Part shown: positions 58,417 through 64,000 of the stretch, piece after piece | Numbering within the stretch: position 1 is the first letter of the stretch | Layout: each line of letters begins with the position of its first letter | DNA from: an uncultured Gammaproteobacteria bacterium | GTDB taxonomy: Bacteria > Patescibacteriota > Microgenomatia > UBA8517 | NCBI GenBank assembly: GCA_965231135.1 | Contig: OZ246419.1 | Span: 81,028 to 145,027 of the forward strand | Direction of reading: 5' to 3' | Length of the DNA stretch: 64,000 bases | Notes under the pieces: model-generated | Database searches by the model: none | Told to the model about the DNA's origin: nothing | The model's input: only the letters and a program-made list of their open reading frames with translations | Made by a program: the position numbers and the translations under genes

Positions 58417-58722
58417 ATGAACAAAAAGGACTTTGATGTTGTCCGATCGCAAGGAAATTTTCGTACATTCCCCTACTTTACAATTAATTTTTTGAATAGA
58501 CTCGACGAGGAAGAAGCAAGAATTGGAGTAATTGTTAGTAAAAAAATATCTACAAAAGCAGTAACCCGTAATAAAATAAGAAGACAGATAAAAGAAGCGG
58601 TTCGTATTAATAAACTGATGGAGAAATCGTATGACTATGTAATTATTGTCAAGCCCAGCATAACTAGACTTAATTATGGTAGAATAGAGGCTGAGTTGAA
58701 AAATGCTTTTAGATTTTTATAA
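58417..58722 (+). CDS. rnpA: RNase P protein component
   Basis: [19 protein letters not shown]; synteny. Confidence 0.95.
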   Translation: MNKKDFDVVRSQGNFRTFPYFTINFLNRLDEEEARIGVIVSKKISTKAVTRNKIRRQIKEAVRINKLMEKSYDYVIIVKPSITRLNYGRIEAELKNAFRFL

Positions 58723-58906
58723 AAAATATATATCCCCTATTTTTGTGGTTTATTTTGGACATGCATGCCGATTTACACCAACTTGCAGCGAATATGCTGC
58801 ACAGGCAATACAGAAATATGGAATAGTTAAAGGAGGGTTTATGAGTGCTTGGAGAATTTTGAGGTGTAATCCCCTTTCTAAAGCTGGTTATGATCCGGTA
58901 ATTTAA
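58703..58906 (+). CDS. yidD: Membrane protein insertion efficiency factor
   Basis: [10 protein letters not shown] and RILRCNP..GYDPV motifs. Confidence 0.95.
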   Translation: MLLDFYKKYISPIFVVYFGHACRFTPTCSEYAAQAIQKYGIVKGGFMSAWRILRCNPLSKAGYDPVI

Positions 58907-58911
58907 AATAT

Positions 58912-59760
58912 ATGAATATTTTTACTACATACTTAATACAACCTTTGGCAAACGGGCTTGTTATCTTCTATCGCTTACTTGGAAATAACATGGGACTTGC
59001 TATTATTGGCTTTTCTATTGCACTTGCACTTCTTATTAGACCCTTTACTAAAAAATCATTGGAGTCGATGAAAAAAATGCGCGAAATACAACCTCAACTG
59101 GATAAGTTAAAAAAGAAATATAAAAACGATAGAATGAAATTAACCCAAGCTCAAAGCGAGCTCTATAAACAATATGGAGTCAACCCTGGACTTGGAGGAT
59201 GTTTGCCTATTATTCTGCAGCTGGTTGTGTTTTATGGACTTGTTGAAGTTTTTATTCAATACCTTTCAAATGCAAGCGTTACAAAATTTAATACGATTCT
59301 CTACTCACCTCTTAAATTTGACGCACACGAAATGATTAATACAAAATTTTTATATTTAGATTTAACTAAGCCTGATACATTTAATATTCATGGAATTCCT
59401 TTTGCAATTCCGGGACTTTTTCTAATTCTTGCCGGCGTTTCACAGATGATATCTGCAAAAATTGCCAGCCCTTATATTGAAAAAGAAGAACAAATTGCAA
59501 AAAAGACTAAAGGCGAAATGGATGATGCTATGGTTGCTATGCAATCTTCAATGATTTATACCCTACCTCTTATGACACTTTTGGTTGGAGGACGTTTTCC
59601 TTCTGGCGTTGCCATTTATTGGGTAACATTTTCGATTTATCAGGCGTTTCAACAATACAGAACAACTGGGCTTGGAGGCCTAAAATCTTGGATTAAAGCG
59701 CTTCGTGTGATACAATCGGGGAATGGAAACGCAAAAGGAAATACAAAATCTTCTAAGTGA
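58912..59760 (+). CDS. yidC: Membrane protein insertase YidC/Oxa1
   Basis: GLAII, QP....LKKKYK, GCLP..LQ and PSGVAIYW motifs. Confidence 0.93.
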   Translation: MNIFTTYLIQPLANGLVIFYRLLGNNMGLAIIGFSIALALLIRPFTKKSLESMKKMREIQPQLDKLKKKYKNDRMKLTQAQSELYKQYGVNPGLGGCLPIILQLVVFYGLVEVFIQYLSNASVTKFNTILYSPLKFDAHEMINTKFLYLDLTKPDTFNIHGIPFAIPGLFLILAGVSQMISAKIASPYIEKEEQIAKKTKGEMDDAMVAMQSSMIYTLPLMTLLVGGRFPSGVAIYWVTFSIYQAFQQYRTTGLGGLKSWIKALRVIQSGNGNAKGNTKSSK

Positions 59761-60196
59761 GTTATTTAAACTTATTGGTATTGAGGTAAAAGCTGAAATC
59801 ACAGAGGAAAAACAGGAAGAAGGAACTCTTTACAAAATAGAACTTGACCCAGGAGAGAGTACAGGACTTCTTATTGGTGCACACGGAATGACTTTGTCAT
59901 CTATTCAATCATTTTTGACTATAGCTATGAAACAAAAAACAGGGGATTGGGTAAAGATATCTTTAGATGTTGCTCACTGGAGCGAAAAACAAAATGAAAG
60001 ACTTGTTGAACTTGCAAAACAAACCGCAGAGCGCGCACGACAAACTGGAGAAGAAAAACTTTATAACTTGAATGCAAACAGTAGAAGAATTATTCATATG
60101 ACTTTAGCTGAAGAAAAAGATATTGAGACAGTTTCTGAGGGAGAAGGAATTGACCGCTACTTAGTTGTAAGGCATAACACGAAGTTAAAGAAATAA
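59723..60196 (+). CDS. jag: Jag/KhpB (EloR) KH plus R3H protein, short form
   Basis: GLLIG.HG.TL.SIQ, RRIIH and S.GEG..R motifs. Confidence 0.85.
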   Translation: METQKEIQNLLSELFKLIGIEVKAEITEEKQEEGTLYKIELDPGESTGLLIGAHGMTLSSIQSFLTIAMKQKTGDWVKISLDVAHWSEKQNERLVELAKQTAERARQTGEEKLYNLNANSRRIIHMTLAEEKDIETVSEGEGIDRYLVVRHNTKLKK

Positions 60197-60197
60197 A

Positions 60198-60641
60198 GTG
60201 GAGAACTCTTCAAGAATAGTTATTTTTTCAGATGGAGGGAGCAGGGGAAACCCAGGACCTGCTGCATGTGCATATATAATTCATATTGGTCAGGAAATTG
60301 TAAAAAAAGATTCTGAATATCTTGGAATAACTACTAATAATGTTGCTGAGTATAATGGTGTAGTACTTGCACTTGAAGCATTGATTAAAATGCCCCTCGA
60401 CTTCGCTCGGGATTGCGAAATAGAATTTCGCTTAGATAGTGAACTAGTTGTCAAACAGCTAAAGGGGGAATACAAAATCAAGGATGTTAACATGATAACA
60501 CTAGCAATGGAAGTTAAAAAAATAATTGCTGATAATAAATTAAAAATAACTTTTCTTCATGTTCCACGAAAAGAGAATTCGATTGCGGATAAAATGGTAA
60601 ATGTGAAGTTGGACGAAATTTCACGTCGCGGAGCCAACTAG
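60198..60641 (+). CDS. rnhA: Ribonuclease HI family protein
   Basis: DGGSRGNPGPAA, TNNVAEY, DSELVVKQ and HVPR.EN..AD motifs. Confidence 0.9.
   Translation: MENSSRIVIFSDGGSRGNPGPAACAYIIHIGQEIVKKDSEYLGITTNNVAEYNGVVLALEALIKMPLDFARDCEIEFRLDSELVVKQLKGEYKIKDVNMITLAMEVKKIIADNKLKITFLHVPRKENSIADKMVNVKLDEISRRGAN
60393..60412 (+). repeat. REP-like hairpin inside the RNase H gene
   Basis: CCC-CTCGACTTCGCTC-GGGA; translated as PLDFARD. Confidence 0.7.
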
Positions 60642-60740
60642 AACGGGAAAACTTAGACAGACGCGCGTGTATAATATTTCAAAACCACAAGCTGCTTGCG
60701 GATATAATTTTCAGGCTCTAATATGATATAAGAGCCCACC

Positions 60741-62642
60741 ATGAAAGATGATTTACAACTCGCGTTAATTATTTCAGATTATAAAGATTTACAAGAAAAA
60801 CTTTCTGAAAATCTTTCCCGCAAACACTTACACACCTCTTATAAGCAGAGCTTGTCACTTCGTGATGAAAACTTAAATAATATTGTTTATCTTTTTTTAA
60901 TTGTTGGTTTTAGAGATGGTTCGACTTCGCTCACCATGACACGCTTACGTGCCATTTTTGAAGATGTCCAAAATTTGAAGCCAAAGTCGGTGCTTATTTT
61001 ACCGTATGGAATTGAAAATGAATTGATAAATTTTGCAAAAGAGAACGCAAGAAACTTAAAAATTAAAATAATTTATTTAGGAGAAGCAGAAATTAACGAT
61101 GCATTGATTGAAAAAATATTGCATAGTTTTTTTGGATATAACGGAGAAAACGAAACTGTAATTGGAGAAAATAGATTTAAATTAGTTGAGAAAATTGAGG
61201 AAATTAAAGAAAAATTAATTGAAGCACAACCCGATATCGTTATAAGAAAAATTTTGATTCCTGAGAATAAACCAATTAAAGTTCAAAGGAAAAGAAGAAA
61301 GCAAAATAAGATTAGATCTTTCGGAATATTAATAATAATTATTTTGTGGATTATAGCTACGCCATTTTTATCTTTGTTTATATCATCTTTCTTATTAAAG
61401 AACGGTGTTAATGAAATTAATAATAAGGACTTAAACGGAGCAAATATTTATTTTGAAACTTCGAAGGTGTTTGCAAATATTGCTGGTGTTGGTTTTACGT
61501 TTTCAAATAACGGAAAACAGATTGCTAGCGATATTTTGAAATATGACGAAATTGGAATACAAGCTTATAAAACAATTTTATTAGGACAGAGGATTTTTAA
61601 TGAAGTAAACGGAAATAACGATTATGATTTAAAGACACAAGCAAACCAGTTTTATTTAAATATTGATAGTCTTTATAGCGAAACTGCATTTTTATCTGCC
61701 TCCAGTAATTCTAAAGATTTTTTACCTGATACAAACCTTACGAATATTAGTTTTTATTTACAGAGTTTGCGTAAACTTGCAAAAGATTTACCAAACATAC
61801 TTGGTATAAACGGACAGAAAAATTATTTGGTTATTGTGCAAGATCCAAATAAATTGCGACCAACTGGAGGATATATAACTAATTTGATAGTTTATAGTTT
61901 TAATAATGGGAGACTAATAAACAAAAATGCAATTAATGTCGATGATGTTGATTCACAACTACGTGGATTTGTAACTCCACCTGATGCATTAAAAAATTAT
62001 GCAGGACTTGCTTCCTGGAACCTTGCAAATTCAAATTGGGATCCTGATTTTTCGCAAGCGTCCGCAAAAGCAGAATGGTTTTTTAATAAAGAAACAAATC
62101 AAAATATTGATGGAGTGATAGGAATAACAACGGATATTAATAATATTAATTTTGATAATATTATTTCTCTTTTAGATAGCAAAAATGTACAAGTATTTAT
62201 GAATAAAACGGACGATGAAACAACACTAGTAGAACTTAATTGGGACGGGGGAATTTTGGCAAATTCTTTTGGAATAATTGATGCTAATGTAGGAAACGCA
62301 GGAAATAACCAGATTAAAGAGAATGCGGTACTAAATATTAAAACAAATACTAATAGTAATAATTACAGTTTGGAGATTGATTATACAAACCTTTCAAAAG
62401 ATTTAGTTTATAAAGATGATGTCAGAATAATTGAAGGAAATAATATACAAGAGAAATATTTTCAATTAAATCCTGGAAAGAATACAAAATTGAGTTTCAG
62501 CTGGAGTTTGCCTAAAAATAATAATTTAAATTTGAGGAAACAGCCTGGAGTTGATAACTTTCCTATCCAGGTTGTAATTAATAATACTACAAGGTATAAT
62601 ATATTCTTACAACATGACAAAAATATCTCTTTCGGCAACTAA
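60741..62642 (+). CDS. DUF4012-like membrane protein
   Basis: YLVIVQ....LRPTGG, NSNWDPDF, IDGVI and KQPG motifs. Confidence 0.7.
   Translation: MKDDLQLALIISDYKDLQEKLSENLSRKHLHTSYKQSLSLRDENLNNIVYLFLIVGFRDGSTSLTMTRLRAIFEDVQNLKPKSVLILPYGIENELINFAKENARNLKIKIIYLGEAEINDALIEKILHSFFGYNGENETVIGENRFKLVEKIEEIKEKLIEAQPDIVIRKILIPENKPIKVQRKRRKQNKIRSFGILIIIILWIIATPFLSLFISSFLLKNGVNEINNKDLNGANIYFETSKVFANIAGVGFTFSNNGKQIASDILKYDEIGIQAYKTILLGQRIFNEVNGNNDYDLKTQANQFYLNIDSLYSETAFLSASSNSKDFLPDTNLTNISFYLQSLRKLAKDLPNILGINGQKNYLVIVQDPNKLRPTGGYITNLIVYSFNNGRLINKNAINVDDVDSQLRGFVTPPDALKNYAGLASWNLANSNWDPDFSQASAKAEWFFNKETNQNIDGVIGITTDINNINFDNIISLLDSKNVQVFMNKTDDETTLVELNWDGGILANSFGIIDANVGNAGNNQIKENAVLNIKTNTNSNNYSLEIDYTNLSKDLVYKDDVRIIEGNNIQEKYFQLNPGKNTKLSFSWSLPKNNNLNLRKQPGVDNFPIQVVINNTTRYNIFLQHDKNISFGN
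60916..60937 (+). repeat. REP-like hairpin inside the DUF4012 gene
   Basis: ATGG-TTCGACTTCGCTCA-CCAT; translated as DGSTSLTM. Confidence 0.75.
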
Positions 62643-63288
62643 GCGAAAAGAACTTGGCCGAAAAGCCAGAAACCTTCGAAAGTCGGGAAAAGTTCCAGCA
62701 AACATCTACGGAAAGGACGTAAAAAGCGTTTCTATCACAGTTGATGAGAAGGAATTTAGAGAAACATTTAAAAAAGCAGGAGAAACTGCGATTGTTTATT
62801 TGATGGTCGAAAAGGATGAAAGACCAGTTTTGGTTTCAAATATTCAAACACATCCTGCAACCGGAGATATTCTTCATATCGATTTTAAGCAAGTTAATTT
62901 GAAAGAAAAAGTTACTGCACAAATTCCAGTTGAAGTTACTGGTGAATCCCCAGTTGAAAAGAGCGGAGAGGGAACAGTAGTTCTTCTTTTGCAGGAACTT
63001 GAAGTTGAAGCACTTCCAACTGACCTTCCAGAGAAATTTGAAATCAAAGCTGAAGAGTTGACTCAAGTTGACCAAGTTGTAAAAGTTTCAGGTCTTAAAA
63101 TTGATGGCACAAAAGTTGAAGTTAAAGAAGATCCTGAGGCAATGGTTGTTAAAGTAGAACCACCACAGAAAGAAGAGGTAATTGAAACACCAGTTGCAGA
63201 AACTCCAGCCGAAGGAGAAACTCCAGTAGCGGCCGAAGGTGAAGCGGCTCCTGCAGAGGAAACTAAACCAGAAGAATCAAAGGCTTAA
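62614..63288 (+). CDS. rplY: 50S ribosomal protein L25/Ctc
   Basis: LRKSGKVPANIYG, Q.HP....ILHIDF and LP.DLPE motifs. Confidence 0.95.
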   Translation: MTKISLSATKRKELGRKARNLRKSGKVPANIYGKDVKSVSITVDEKEFRETFKKAGETAIVYLMVEKDERPVLVSNIQTHPATGDILHIDFKQVNLKEKVTAQIPVEVTGESPVEKSGEGTVVLLLQELEVEALPTDLPEKFEIKAEELTQVDQVVKVSGLKIDGTKVEVKEDPEAMVVKVEPPQKEEVIETPVAETPAEGETPVAAEGEAAPAEETKPEESKA

Positions 63289-63651
63289 TGCTTTTATAAC
63301 CTCAGGAATTTTAGTGGAATTTGGATCTAATTCGAGAGCTTTTTGAATGTAAAGATAGGCTTCTTTTTTGTTTGACATTTCAACATCAACTTTGGCAATT
63401 TGCAAATAACCATCAACATATGAAGGATTTTGGTGAATTAAATTTTCCCAATAGTTTTTTTCGTTTTGAAGTGGTGTAACATCAACTGATGCTCCAAGAA
63501 CTTTTTGATCATTTAAAAAATTATTAATATTAAATCCTGCTACTAAAAGTAAAACAATAATTATTAGACAATAGCTATAGTGAATAAAATAGATTTTGTA
63601 ATTTACTTTTTTGCTTTTTTTACTTTTAACTTTAGTTTTTTTGGCGGGCAT
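63277..63651 (-). CDS. Single-TM TPR protein
   Basis: VLGAS; P.Y.DGY..A...KALELDPNS TPR pattern. Confidence 0.7.
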   Translation of the reverse strand: MPAKKTKVKSKKSKKVNYKIYFIHYSYCLIIIVLLLVAGFNINNFLNDQKVLGASVDVTPLQNEKNYWENLIHQNPSYVDGYLQIAKVDVEMSNKKEAYLYIQKALELDPNSTKIPEVIKALSL

Positions 63652-63717
63652 TTGTATTTACCAATTTAGCGGGCATGAAAAATAAATGCAAGAGGGGATT
63701 AGTTGTATAATACGAAA

Positions 63718-63936
63718 ATGGTTGAAAGAATTATCTCAGATAACAAATATTTACCAATTCAAGGAACTACTGAAAAATTGTGTAAAGGTTGGTATTTTGA
63801 TGAGTTTAATGGTGTTAAAGTTTGGGGGACATACAATAGAAATTCTTCGGGACAAAATTTATTTGTACCGGATGGAATAGAGAAGAATCTAAATAGATTA
63901 GATCTTGTTTATTTAAAATTATTTAGGCCAATTTGA
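63718..63936 (+). CDS. Small hypothetical protein
   Basis: ATG shortly after TGTATAAT. Confidence 0.4.
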   Translation: MVERIISDNKYLPIQGTTEKLCKGWYFDEFNGVKVWGTYNRNSSGQNLFVPDGIEKNLNRLDLVYLKLFRPI

Positions 63937-64000
63937 GGTTATAAGTAAATCTTTCTTGCCTTTTGAAAAAAGCTCCTGATAAATACTTTCTGTAACAAAT

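Noticed and set aside
60642-60740. Possible ncRNA in the rnhA-DUF4012 gap
   Set aside because: Only a short GGCTCT/AGAGCC hairpin around a -10 box; no recognisable family

Overview
AT-rich bacterial chromosome segment that spans the replication origin. Gene content (T4SS-pilin array, PrgI/VirB4 locus, DUF4012, apparently leaderless genes) suggests Patescibacteria/CPR, probably Microgenomates; this is inference. Left to right: housekeeping and accessory genes (dsbB fragment, nfi, GH26-like, PLD, ABC transporter, DEAD helicase); a ~12.7-kb island (11331-24004) ending in a large serine recombinase whose last codons lie inside tRNA-Asn; rpoD-dnaG; five more tRNAs (all four Ser isoacceptors and Arg-GCG); comF, smpB and tmRNA; a SpoIID operon; a ~20-kb T4SS-like locus with 8 tandem pilins; dnaN-oriC-dnaA; rpmH-rnpA-yidD-yidC-jag, RNase H and rplY. 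Top observations: (1) the island seems divided by repeated att-like half-sites into recombinase-less cassettes, resembling a serine-recombinase-driven, integron-like array at a tRNA; (2) one cassette encodes an MPG glycosylase, a Ppx/GppA-NDT fusion, an XRE regulator and an HD nucleotidase; (3) a minimal cobalamin-riboswitch-like RNA lies inside the T4SS locus; (4) a REP-like hairpin is inserted in frame in comF, dnaN, RNase H and the DUF4012 gene. All calls come from reading the sequence by eye; no searches were run.
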